A stretch of DNA of 37,991 nucleotides from a virus (IMGVR_UViG_3300028392_000144:1-37991); one strand, 5' to 3'; counted from the first letter of the stretch, positions 27,179 to 36,209 are shown. Numbers and translations: made by a program. The notes: generated by a model not told the origin, from the sequence alone.

Positions 27179-28678
27179 ATGCCAACACACACAGAGGCTT
27201 TGTATGACACAAAACAAGAAGGACCGTTCTACCGCGTCCATCCTCGCGCTATTGCGCAAAGTGGAGCGAGAACTTATGGCTTACGAGAAGAAGGTGGGTC
27301 CGGTGCCCAAGCTCAAAGCGGATCATCACGAGACAGCGTTTCGCAACCATCTGAGGATGCGCGGGTCCGCGAGCTCATAAGCAGCGGCAACACCAGAGCC
27401 CACGAGGCTGCTCACGCCTACAGCCAGCAGATGTTCGGGCGCCCCTATGCGCCGATCCCCAACAGCCCCAGCTCGCTCAAGAAGCAGGCGCCTATTGGGC
27501 AGATGTTCATGCTGGCCACCAAGAACGACCCTGCCTACAAGCAGGCGGTCTACGAAGCCTACAAGCGCCAGATGCCTGAGCACGTGGGCGACGCCAAGGA
27601 CTATGACGAGCTGGTCAACAAGGCCTACCGGCACCTGAACCACGAGACCCAGCAGCAGTTTGACACTCTGCCCGTTCACATGAGCTTTCACCGCAACGGT
27701 GAGGGCAACTACCGTAGCAGCAACGAAATGCTGCGCGACATCTACAAAAACGGCCACCTGTACGTCTTCCAAGGTGGTGAGCCCCATCTGTCCATGAATA
27801 ACGTCGATCCCCGCACGGGGCTAAACGACACCGAAATGTTCCGGGCGGTTCACGACTTCTACGGCCACGCCCTGCACGGCAACCAGTTTGGCCCCAAGGG
27901 CGAAGAGCAGGCATGGGCGGCGCACTCTGGCATGTACAGCCCATTGGCGCAGGCTGCCATGACAACAGAGACCCGTGGCCAAAACAGCGTGGTCAACTAC
28001 ACCCCGCTCAATGCCCACATCAAGCAGCAGGTGCGCAAGCTCGACGAGTCCGCCTACCATGCCGCCCGCAGGGGAGATTCAGCCCAAGCGCAGCGCTTCT
28101 TGGATCTGAAGAAGCAGCTCTTGGACGAGGGTTTTACCTATGGCCCGCAGGCGTCAATCTTGCTGCCGCCCGAGATGACCCGGGGCGACTACGCCGGAGG
28201 CATCCCCGCTTACTTGCGGCACCTGATCCGCCCGCCAAACCCTGCCAGCGCCGAGCTGACGCACTTTAGCAATGAGCCAAACCTTACCCACACCGACCCC
28301 GGCCGGTACGGCACCGGCATCAAGGGCGCCGAGGCAGAACGCCTGAGCGACCCTTCGGCCATCAGGAACCGAACCTACTTCTATGCCGGAAGCCCGGAAA
28401 GGGGAGAGCAGGGGCTGGGCAGCCACAAGTACCACACAAGGGCCAGCGACCTGTACGACGTCGCCAGCGACCCGCAAGGCCTGCACCGGCTGGCCATCGA
28501 GCACAACATCACCCCGTATACCGCCAAGTACAATCAAGGCGTGGCTGACCCGCAAGGGGCGTTTACCGACCTCGAGCGCATGGCCCATGAACACGGTTAT
28601 GGGGGCGTGTTACAGCGCAACACTGGCATGCCAATGGCGGCGGTGTTTGGATCACTGCCCGTTCGCAAAGCAACTTAG
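27179..28678 (+). CDS. Polyvalent-type two-domain protein (HD..GH metal-binding-like domain plus possible ART-like domain)
   Basis: FRAVHDFYGH...GEE.AW..H...TETRGQNS, then THFS...DP..YGTG..GAE...YFY. Start is uncertain (no clear RBS). Confidence 0.6.
   Translation: MPTHTEALYDTKQEGPFYRVHPRAIAQSGARTYGLREEGGSGAQAQSGSSRDSVSQPSEDARVRELISSGNTRAHEAAHAYSQQMFGRPYAPIPNSPSSLKKQAPIGQMFMLATKNDPAYKQAVYEAYKRQMPEHVGDAKDYDELVNKAYRHLNHETQQQFDTLPVHMSFHRNGEGNYRSSNEMLRDIYKNGHLYVFQGGEPHLSMNNVDPRTGLNDTEMFRAVHDFYGHALHGNQFGPKGEEQAWAAHSGMYSPLAQAAMTTETRGQNSVVNYTPLNAHIKQQVRKLDESAYHAARRGDSAQAQRFLDLKKQLLDEGFTYGPQASILLPPEMTRGDYAGGIPAYLRHLIRPPNPASAELTHFSNEPNLTHTDPGRYGTGIKGAEAERLSDPSAIRNRTYFYAGSPERGEQGLGSHKYHTRASDLYDVASDPQGLHRLAIEHNITPYTAKYNQGVADPQGAFTDLERMAHEHGYGGVLQRNTGMPMAAVFGSLPVRKAT
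27204..27380 (+). CDS. Overprinted 58-aa ORF in the +1 frame
   Basis: GAGG upstream of ATG; MTQNKKDRSTASILALLRKVERELMAYEKKVGPVPKLKADHHETAFRNHLRMRGSASS. Confidence 0.5.
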   Translation: MTQNKKDRSTASILALLRKVERELMAYEKKVGPVPKLKADHHETAFRNHLRMRGSASS

Positions 28679-28687
28679 GACAAGATC

Positions 28688-30514
28688 ATGCCCACAATTG
28701 AACAGATGCGCCGTATGCTCATGGAGCGCCGGCCCCAACGATTTGATGAGGGTGGCCAGCCTGAAGACGGTTTGATCGCCGAAAGCCCCCGGGTTGCAGC
28801 CGCCAGAGCCGCCGTGAACCCCGCCATACAGACGGTGCGCAATCCCCAGCGCATGGCTTTTCCGGGCATCTACAAAAACCCCAAAGAAATAGCCGCTGAG
28901 GCCGCAGCCCGCGTGGAGCCCGAAGATCCATCGCTCAAGCGCCTATTTGGCGTTACGCGTGACGACTTGTATGAGATGGGCAAAGGAAGGGTCGGAAACG
29001 TGTCTGGAGCCCTTCCGGGGGCCGCCGCCAAGCCCAAGGGTGCCAAAGCCGCTTTGGACGTCATGACGCCCGAAAATCGCCAGCGCATACTGGACGTCTT
29101 GGGTGAGGCCGAAAAGCACGAGGGGCTGGTTAAGGGCATGGACCCGTGGTACATCATGGACCCGGCATTCCAGCGCATGGCCCACCTGATCGGCTTTGAG
29201 AACGCCGTGCGTGAGTATGACAAGTTCAACCACCTGATGGGCATGGCCTCTCCGGCCAGCGAGGTGATGACCGAGATCCCACGAGGCACGGCCGCTTATG
29301 CGCTCGAGACCCAAGGGCGCTTCCCTGAATTCATGAAGTTTGCGGGCATGCCAGAAGACAAGCGCACGCGCCGTTTCCCGAAAGATATCCGCAACGTGCC
29401 GGGCCACGCGTACCACAAAACCGCGCAGGCCGGACCAATGGAGAAATACCTCAACCTTGGCCAGATGACCATGAAGACGCCCAAGGTGCCGCTGTACATC
29501 AGGTCCAGCAGCGTGCCTGACGTCGGATTTCAGACAGAGACGCCGGTAGGTGACGCCCACTGGAGCCGTGGTGTAGGACTTGCCGACACCCGCAACTGGA
29601 AAACCGTAAAAGGCAAGCTGGCCATTCCGGGTGCCAGCGTCACCAACTCCGAGATGTCCACCTTGGCCCCGTGGTGGCGCCAGATAGCCCAAGAGCTGGG
29701 AATCGAGTCGGTTCCTGCCCAAGCCCGGGCATGGGGCACTTTTGCTCCGCAGACTGGGGTGGATACACCAATTGGCGCAGGCAAGCTCGAGCTGCTGGCC
29801 CGCAACATCATGCTCACCGCCCACCGTTTAGGCGTCACCCCTGAGACCGCCCGCGACATGGTGCTGATGGGCAAGACCTACGCAGGCCACGCTGATGGCG
29901 GCTCAATTGAAAAACAAAGCGGCTGTGGATGCAGCGCCTGCAAAGGCCCAAGCCAAGACGAGATGCTAGCCCACGTCATGCTGCACAAAGCGGACGGTGG
30001 ATTGGTGGACATCAAGACGGTGGGTGCTGAAGAGGCGCCGGACATGCCCGTGAAGGAATATGTGGCACCCTCTGGTGGTCAGGGTTTACCCGTAGGCGGC
30101 GTGGACTTCCAGCCCGAGCAACCCGGCCAACAGCTCACCCCCGGAGCGCCTAACCAGCCCCCGGGCCAGATCCCCGGGCAGCCCGGCCAAGTGCCCCAGC
30201 AGCCAGCCCCGCTCACAGGCCAGCCCACGCCATCGCTGAACGGCCCGCAGGCGCCCGCACTGAACCAGCCCAACCAGATGTTAGGCAGCCCGCCCATGCC
30301 CCCGTTTGGCCAGCCCAAGGGACCGCAGAGCAACATCCTATCCATGACCCGCCAAGGCCAAGCCATGCAGGCGCTGCGCCCAACCCCTACGCCCATGCCC
30401 AAGATGGCCAAGGGTGGCTCGTTGTCGGTGGCCGAGATGCGCAAGGCGCTGGCCAAGAAGCCCATGCAGATCCGCACTACGCATGAAATCCGCATGACGG
30501 AGCGCAAGCTGTGA
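28688..30514 (+). CDS. Putative virion cargo polyprotein with HhH-glycosylase-like domain and Pro/Gln-rich tail
   Basis: WY...SP...K...Y...GDAHWSR...AQARAW pattern; four AxGG-type motifs. Confidence 0.55.
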   Translation: MPTIEQMRRMLMERRPQRFDEGGQPEDGLIAESPRVAAARAAVNPAIQTVRNPQRMAFPGIYKNPKEIAAEAAARVEPEDPSLKRLFGVTRDDLYEMGKGRVGNVSGALPGAAAKPKGAKAALDVMTPENRQRILDVLGEAEKHEGLVKGMDPWYIMDPAFQRMAHLIGFENAVREYDKFNHLMGMASPASEVMTEIPRGTAAYALETQGRFPEFMKFAGMPEDKRTRRFPKDIRNVPGHAYHKTAQAGPMEKYLNLGQMTMKTPKVPLYIRSSSVPDVGFQTETPVGDAHWSRGVGLADTRNWKTVKGKLAIPGASVTNSEMSTLAPWWRQIAQELGIESVPAQARAWGTFAPQTGVDTPIGAGKLELLARNIMLTAHRLGVTPETARDMVLMGKTYAGHADGGSIEKQSGCGCSACKGPSQDEMLAHVMLHKADGGLVDIKTVGAEEAPDMPVKEYVAPSGGQGLPVGGVDFQPEQPGQQLTPGAPNQPPGQIPGQPGQVPQQPAPLTGQPTPSLNGPQAPALNQPNQMLGSPPMPPFGQPKGPQSNILSMTRQGQAMQALRPTPTPMPKMAKGGSLSVAEMRKALAKKPMQIRTTHEIRMTERKL

Positions 30515-33315
30515 AGGGCTTTTACTCACCCATCGACAAGCTGGCTGCCGAGCTGCCCCGCACCAAGGGCACCGGCGCCGAGTTCATGACGGAGCTGAGC
30601 AAGCGGCCCGGCTACAAGCCGCAGGAAGCGCAAGACCGCGACCTGCAAACGCTGATGGCTCTGCCCAAGATGGCGCGTGAGGAGTTCTTGGCCAAGCTCA
30701 AGTCCAAGCCAGCCCCCAAGCTAGAAGAGACCACGCTGGATGATAGCGACGACGATTACCCTAAAGATAATCCAGTGAAGTACGAGCAGTACACCTTGCC
30801 CGGCGGCACCAACTACCGCGAGATCCTGATGCGCATGCCGCATGATGAGCAGCGCGCCAAGGAGTTCAGCGACCCAGCGTCTGGCCACTGGGACACACCC
30901 AATGTGCTGGCCCACGTCCGTGCCAAGGACCGCACCGGCCCCAACGGTGAAAAGCTGCTGCACATTGAAGAAATCCAATCCGACTGGCACCAGAAGGGCC
31001 GCGAGCATGGGTACGCGACACCCGAGTCGCTAAAAGAATTCCGTGCGGTTGAGCTGCGGCACAAGCTGCTGAAACAAAAGCTCGATGAGGCCAAGGCGCA
31101 ATCGGAAAGCGCCGAGAACAGCCTAAAACGCAAAGAGCCGCTGTTCCAGCAGCCCGATGTGCGTGAGCGCTACGAGGCCGCTCGAGTCAAAGCCAACAAC
31201 GACCTTATGGACCTCATGCCGCAAGTTATGAAGGCGCAGGCCGAGGTGCAAGACTTTGGCCACAAGATGAACAGCATGGTGCCTAACGCCCCGTTCAAAA
31301 AGAACTGGCACGAGATGGCGCTCAAGAAGATGATCCACCACGCAGCCGAGAACGGCTACCACGGGATTGTGATCACGCCGGGGGCAGAGCAGGCGGATCG
31401 GTACAACTTGGCAAAGTACGTTAACGCTGTTTCCGTTTCACCTACCGGGAATGGCACTTACATGCTAGATGCCACGCTTAAAGGTGGCGGTAAACAAACT
31501 AAAACAAATCTTAGCCCATCAGATGTTGAAAACATGGTTGGGAAAGAGCTTGCAGCAAAATTGTTAACTGCTTCTGATGAACGATCAAAAATAACGCAAT
31601 CAATGCGCGAAGCGTTGAAGAACGATAACGACGATGAGTACGATCGGCTTCGTGAAGTCCGCAAAAGTTTACCTCCCGCAGAGCTTGCTGGGTTAGACCT
31701 ACAAGTAGGCGGCGAGGGCATGAAGGGCTTTTACGACAAGATGGTGCCCAGTTTCCTGAACCAGTTTGGCAAGAAGTATGGTGCGCAGGTCAGCCAGATG
31801 CAGGTGCCCGTTAAACACCAGCTTCAAGGGTTACGGACTATGGGCGGTTACCCAGACGATCCACCCATGAACTTGCACCACTTCCCCATCACGCCAGAGA
31901 TGCGCGAGGATGTGACCAAGAACGGCGTGCCGCTGTACGCAGATGGCGGCAGCGTGGAGGGCAAGGAGCCCGAGAAAACGGTCAAGGCCTACAAGATGTT
32001 TCGGGTTGACAAAAAGCAGCCCGGCAAGCTCTTCCCGCTGTTTGTGGACTCCCAGACCCCGGTGGAGATGGACAAGTGGATAACCGCCAAAGAAGGCGAG
32101 AAGTCCACCACAAACGCCAAGAAAGTCAAGTCCAAGATCGGCGACTTGGCGTACCGTCCGGGCTGGCACGCGGGCGACCTACCCATTGCTACCCACATTG
32201 GCGACAAAGACGAAGAGCAGAAAGCGGAAGCCCGTCGCATAAGGGAACTGCGCGATGCACACGCGGCGGTATTGGGTAACACCAAGGCGGCCAAAGCCAT
32301 GGCCCGCAAGGAGCACCCGTACCCATCATGGGTAAACGCCCCGCGTTTGCGCAACCCCAATCACATCTGGGCCGAGGTGGAGATGCCTAACGATGTGAAC
32401 TGGCAGTCCGAGGCCACCAAGCGCGGGACCAACGACCAAGGCAAACTGATCGCCAGCCAAGCCCACATTACCGACCAGTTGCCGCTAGGCGGGCATTACC
32501 GGTACAAGACCAACTCCAACATGCTGGGGAATTGGTTGATCGGCGGTTCGATGAAAGTCAACCGCATCCTGCACGACAAGGAAGTGGAAGCGATCAACAA
32601 GGCCGCTGGTGCAGCCGATCTGCCACGCGCAAAGGCCATGAACCAAAAGGCCTTTGGCTTTGCCGAGGGCGGCACCGTCGGTCCAGAAGAGTGGATGGCC
32701 GAGGAGCACGTCAACCACAAGGCCAAAAGTAGTGCGCTACCTCGGCACGAGCGCGATGCCAACCTTGCGCAGTTCTTAAAGGACAGCGCGGTTAAGAATC
32801 GGATGTACCATGGCACCAACAAAGATATAAAGTCATTCAAAGCTCCAAAAAATGCAGTAGGAATTTGGGCAACTAAAAATCCAGATGTTGCAAACGAATA
32901 TGCAACAATTTCTGCAAGAGGGGTGGGTGAACCTCCATCTGTATACCCAGTGCATGTAAGATTAAAAAATCCTGCAAACAAAGATCAATTTGGTGATGCA
33001 TGGGATTTAGCAGCCAAAGATAGCTCTAGACTTGGATGGAATACACACGATGAAAGACATAAAAAAATATTGCAAGATCAAGGGTTTGATGGAGCAATAT
33101 TAGATGATTCAGTTGTAGTTTTTGATCCTAAGCATATTAAGTCAGCCATCGGCAACCGTGGGACATACGATGTTAATGAGCCAGACATCACCAAAGCCAA
33201 GGGCGGCAGCATCAAGCCCGTGGGTTACACTAAAGAAAAAGTTACAGTTTCCCCAAGCCTCGACCAGATGCGATACGAGCTGATCAGCGTGAAACACTCC
33301 AAAAAGGTTAAATGA
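30511..33315 (+). CDS. Large polyvalent protein, three domains, C-terminal ADP-ribosyltransferase (ART-PolyVal-like)
   Basis: Domain 1 YTLPGG.NYRE / EEIQSDWHQ; domain 2 KAYK.F...LFPLFV...RPGWH; domain 3 MYHGT...VYPV...LKNP...GFDG...VFDP..IKSA.GN.G. Confidence 0.75.
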   Translation: MKGFYSPIDKLAAELPRTKGTGAEFMTELSKRPGYKPQEAQDRDLQTLMALPKMAREEFLAKLKSKPAPKLEETTLDDSDDDYPKDNPVKYEQYTLPGGTNYREILMRMPHDEQRAKEFSDPASGHWDTPNVLAHVRAKDRTGPNGEKLLHIEEIQSDWHQKGREHGYATPESLKEFRAVELRHKLLKQKLDEAKAQSESAENSLKRKEPLFQQPDVRERYEAARVKANNDLMDLMPQVMKAQAEVQDFGHKMNSMVPNAPFKKNWHEMALKKMIHHAAENGYHGIVITPGAEQADRYNLAKYVNAVSVSPTGNGTYMLDATLKGGGKQTKTNLSPSDVENMVGKELAAKLLTASDERSKITQSMREALKNDNDDEYDRLREVRKSLPPAELAGLDLQVGGEGMKGFYDKMVPSFLNQFGKKYGAQVSQMQVPVKHQLQGLRTMGGYPDDPPMNLHHFPITPEMREDVTKNGVPLYADGGSVEGKEPEKTVKAYKMFRVDKKQPGKLFPLFVDSQTPVEMDKWITAKEGEKSTTNAKKVKSKIGDLAYRPGWHAGDLPIATHIGDKDEEQKAEARRIRELRDAHAAVLGNTKAAKAMARKEHPYPSWVNAPRLRNPNHIWAEVEMPNDVNWQSEATKRGTNDQGKLIASQAHITDQLPLGGHYRYKTNSNMLGNWLIGGSMKVNRILHDKEVEAINKAAGAADLPRAKAMNQKAFGFAEGGTVGPEEWMAEEHVNHKAKSSALPRHERDANLAQFLKDSAVKNRMYHGTNKDIKSFKAPKNAVGIWATKNPDVANEYATISARGVGEPPSVYPVHVRLKNPANKDQFGDAWDLAAKDSSRLGWNTHDERHKKILQDQGFDGAILDDSVVVFDPKHIKSAIGNRGTYDVNEPDITKAKGGSIKPVGYTKEKVTVSPSLDQMRYELISVKHSKKVK

Positions 33316-35840
33316 TGGACCAAGACGAAGACACCAGCCCCGATGACCTCGAGACCAACGAAGACGGCTCGGTGGATGTGGAGTTGCCTGAGGACCTGTC
33401 CGATGTGATCGAAATGCCAGACGGCTCGGCCGTGGTGAGCATGGAAACCAAGGGTCCCGAGGAGTCTCCCGATTTCTATGCCAACATGGCCGACGAGATG
33501 GACAGCTATGATCTCGACTCGCTGGGCATGCGCTACGTCAACCTGCTGGAAAAGGACAAGAACGCCCGCGAGGAGCGCGACAAGCAGTACGAAGAGGGCA
33601 TGAAGCGCACCGGTTTGGGCAAAGATGCCCCCGGTGGAGCTAACTTCTTTGGTGCCAGCCGTGCTGTACACCCCGTCATGGCCGAGGGATGCGTTGATTT
33701 TGCCTCCCGCGCCATTAAAGAGCTGTTCCCACCAGACGGACCAGTGCGCACCAAGATCATGGGCAAGGTCGATGACCTCAAATCCGAGCGCGCAGAGCGC
33801 AAACGTGACTTCCTGAACTGGCAAATTACCGAGCAGATTGAGGAATTCCGCGATGAGCAAGAGCAAATGCTCACCCAACTGCCCCTTGGCGGCTCACAAT
33901 TCCTGAAATTGTGGTACGACGAGCAGAAAAAGCGCCCAACAGTCGAATTTGTGCCCATTGACCGCATTATTTTGCCGTTTGCGGCCTCAAATTTTTACAC
34001 GGCGCAGCGTGCGGCCGAGGTTCACGAGATCACCGAGTGGGAATACAAGCGCCGAGTGTCAAACGGCATGTATATCGACACCGCCCGCATGACTTCTGGC
34101 CAAGAACCGGACCAAAACCGCGTTCAGAAGGCCAACGACAAGATTGAAGGCAAGCAATTCCAAGACAATGACGACGGATTGCGCAAGGTCTACCACATCT
34201 ACGTTTATTTGGAGCTTGACGAGGACAAATACGCCCAAGGTGAGTCCGCGCCCTACATCATGATGGTTGACGAGCAGAGCTCGCAGGTTATTGGCCTCTA
34301 CCGCAACTGGGAAGAGGGCGACGAGACGATGACCAAGCTCGACTGGATCATCGAATTCAAGTTCATCCCATGGCGAGGCGCCTATGCGATTGGTCTGCCG
34401 CATCTTATTGGTGGTCTATCTGCTGCTCTTACTGGAGCTCTTCGCGCTCTGCTGGACTCTGCTCACATAAACAACGCAGCGACCATGCTCAAGCTCAAGG
34501 GCGCCAAGGTATCTGGCCAGACCCAGCAGATTGAGGTCACTCAGGTAGCCGAGATTGAGGGCGCCCCGGGCGTGGATGACATCCGCAAGATTGCCATGCC
34601 CATGCCGTTTAACCCGCCCAGCCCGGTGCTCTTTGAGCTGCTGGGATGGCTGGACAAGGCCGCCAAAGGCGTGGTTACCACGTCGGAAGAAAAGATCGCA
34701 GATGTCAACTCGCAGGCTCCTGTAGGCACGACTCAGGCACTGATTGAGCAAGGCGCTGCCGTTTATTCCGCAATCCACGCAAGGTTGCACCAGTCGCAGG
34801 CCCGCTTAATCAAGGTGCTGTGCCGCCTGAATCGCTGGCACTTTGACGAGATGCAAAAGGGCGAGGTCATTGCCGACTTAGAAATCCAACGTGATGACTT
34901 TGACCGCAACACCGACGTCATTCCGGTGTCCGACCCGCACATCTTCTCCGAGACGCAGCGCATGGCCCAGATGCAGGCCGTGCTGCAGCGTGCTGATGCC
35001 CACCCCGACCTGTACGATGCCAAGGCCGTGGAAGAGCGTTTCTTAAAGCAGATCAAGATCCCCAACATCAGCGAGCTGCTCAAAGACGTTCCGGCGCCCG
35101 AACAGCGCACGTTGGCTGACGAAAACGCTGCCATGTCGCTGGGCCACCCGTCCTACGCCTACATGCAGCAGGACCATATCGCCCACATCCAAGGGCACCT
35201 GATGTTTGGCATGGACCCCAACTTTGGCGGCAACCCGTTTATTGCACCGCAGTTCCTGCCCAATGCCATCGAGCACATCAAGCAGCACATGACGTTGTGG
35301 TACCTCAACCGCATGAACGGCTACGTGGCCAACCTGCGCGACGGCCGTCCGGTGGACGACTACGACAACCCCAAGCTGACGGCCATCATCGACAAGCTAT
35401 ATGCCACCGTTGGCCAGCACGTTGCATTGGACAGCCAGCAGGTGTTCTCGCAGATCCTGCCCCAGCTCCAGCAGCTAATGCAGGCCCAGCAACAAAGCCC
35501 GCAACCATTGCCATTGCCGCCGGATGCGCAGGTGGTTAAAGACACCAGCATGGCCGAGACCCAGCGCAAGGCCGCCAAGGACACGCAGGACATCCAACTG
35601 GCGCAGGCCAAGATGAAAGACGAGCAGATGCGCACGCAGGCAGAAATGCAAGCCAAAGCGCAAAACGACGAGCGCGATGCGCAACTCAAACTGCAACTGG
35701 CCGCCATGGACGCAGATACCAAAATCAAGATTGAGAATGCGCGCCTGACGCATGAGACAATCCAGCAAGCAAATCAACTGGCGACAACGCCACAACCGGC
35801 AGTAATGCCACCAACCCAAGGAGTGCCAAATGGCCAGTGA
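33312..35840 (+). CDS. Portal protein
   Basis: 842 aa downstream of terL; HPVMAE.CVDF..RA.KELFP.DGPV, LPLGG..F.K and APVGTT.ALIEQG motifs; Gln-rich coiled C-terminus as in P22-like portals. Confidence 0.88.
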   Translation: MMDQDEDTSPDDLETNEDGSVDVELPEDLSDVIEMPDGSAVVSMETKGPEESPDFYANMADEMDSYDLDSLGMRYVNLLEKDKNAREERDKQYEEGMKRTGLGKDAPGGANFFGASRAVHPVMAEGCVDFASRAIKELFPPDGPVRTKIMGKVDDLKSERAERKRDFLNWQITEQIEEFRDEQEQMLTQLPLGGSQFLKLWYDEQKKRPTVEFVPIDRIILPFAASNFYTAQRAAEVHEITEWEYKRRVSNGMYIDTARMTSGQEPDQNRVQKANDKIEGKQFQDNDDGLRKVYHIYVYLELDEDKYAQGESAPYIMMVDEQSSQVIGLYRNWEEGDETMTKLDWIIEFKFIPWRGAYAIGLPHLIGGLSAALTGALRALLDSAHINNAATMLKLKGAKVSGQTQQIEVTQVAEIEGAPGVDDIRKIAMPMPFNPPSPVLFELLGWLDKAAKGVVTTSEEKIADVNSQAPVGTTQALIEQGAAVYSAIHARLHQSQARLIKVLCRLNRWHFDEMQKGEVIADLEIQRDDFDRNTDVIPVSDPHIFSETQRMAQMQAVLQRADAHPDLYDAKAVEERFLKQIKIPNISELLKDVPAPEQRTLADENAAMSLGHPSYAYMQQDHIAHIQGHLMFGMDPNFGGNPFIAPQFLPNAIEHIKQHMTLWYLNRMNGYVANLRDGRPVDDYDNPKLTAIIDKLYATVGQHVALDSQQVFSQILPQLQQLMQAQQQSPQPLPLPPDAQVVKDTSMAETQRKAAKDTQDIQLAQAKMKDEQMRTQAEMQAKAQNDERDAQLKLQLAAMDADTKIKIENARLTHETIQQANQLATTPQPAVMPPTQGVPNGQ

Positions 35841-35985
35841 TACCGAACAACGCAGCATCAACGTGCCCCAGCACAAGCGCTTGGCCATGGGCGAGAAGCT
35901 CGATGGCAGCAGCATGCAACCCAAAGGACAGTCCCAGAGCAAGCCCCAAGGTGGCCTGAGCCACGTTAAAGCCAAGAACAAGTGA
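35830..35985 (+). CDS. 51-aa hypothetical protein (not in ORF track)
   Basis: AAGGAG RBS; MASDTEQRSINVPQHKRLAMGEKL... Confidence 0.65.
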   Translation: MASDTEQRSINVPQHKRLAMGEKLDGSSMQPKGQSQSKPQGGLSHVKAKNK

Positions 35986-36152
35986 TATCTGAGCTGATTC
36001 ACTTGATCAAGCAGCGGCAGGCCGAAATACGCCTGTCGCTGGTAGAGAACCCGGTAGGTAATTACGAGGCGTATACCCGCCTTGTAGGTGAGTACCAAGG
36101 CATCCAATGGGTACTGGATTCCTTGAACGCGAAACTCGCTGAGAACGATTAA
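35982..36152 (+). CDS. 56-aa hypothetical protein (not in ORF track)
   Basis: GTGA coupling; MISELIHLIK...YEAYTRLVGEYQGI. Confidence 0.7.
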   Translation: MISELIHLIKQRQAEIRLSLVENPVGNYEAYTRLVGEYQGIQWVLDSLNAKLAEND

Positions 36153-36171
36153 GGCCGCAAGGCCCCAAGTG

Positions 36172-36209
36172 GCGCTGAAATATGCGCTTTTTTGCACTGC
36201 AATATGTGC
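36172..36209 (+). promoter_or_regulatory. Tandem hairpin motif upstream of the groES-like RBS
   Basis: GCGC-TGAAATAT-GCGC and GCAC-TGCAATAT-GTGC, with a compensatory stem change. Confidence 0.5.

Noticed and set aside
28943-29824. 293-aa antisense ORF in the cargo gene
   Set aside because: Typical reverse-frame shadow; no independent support.
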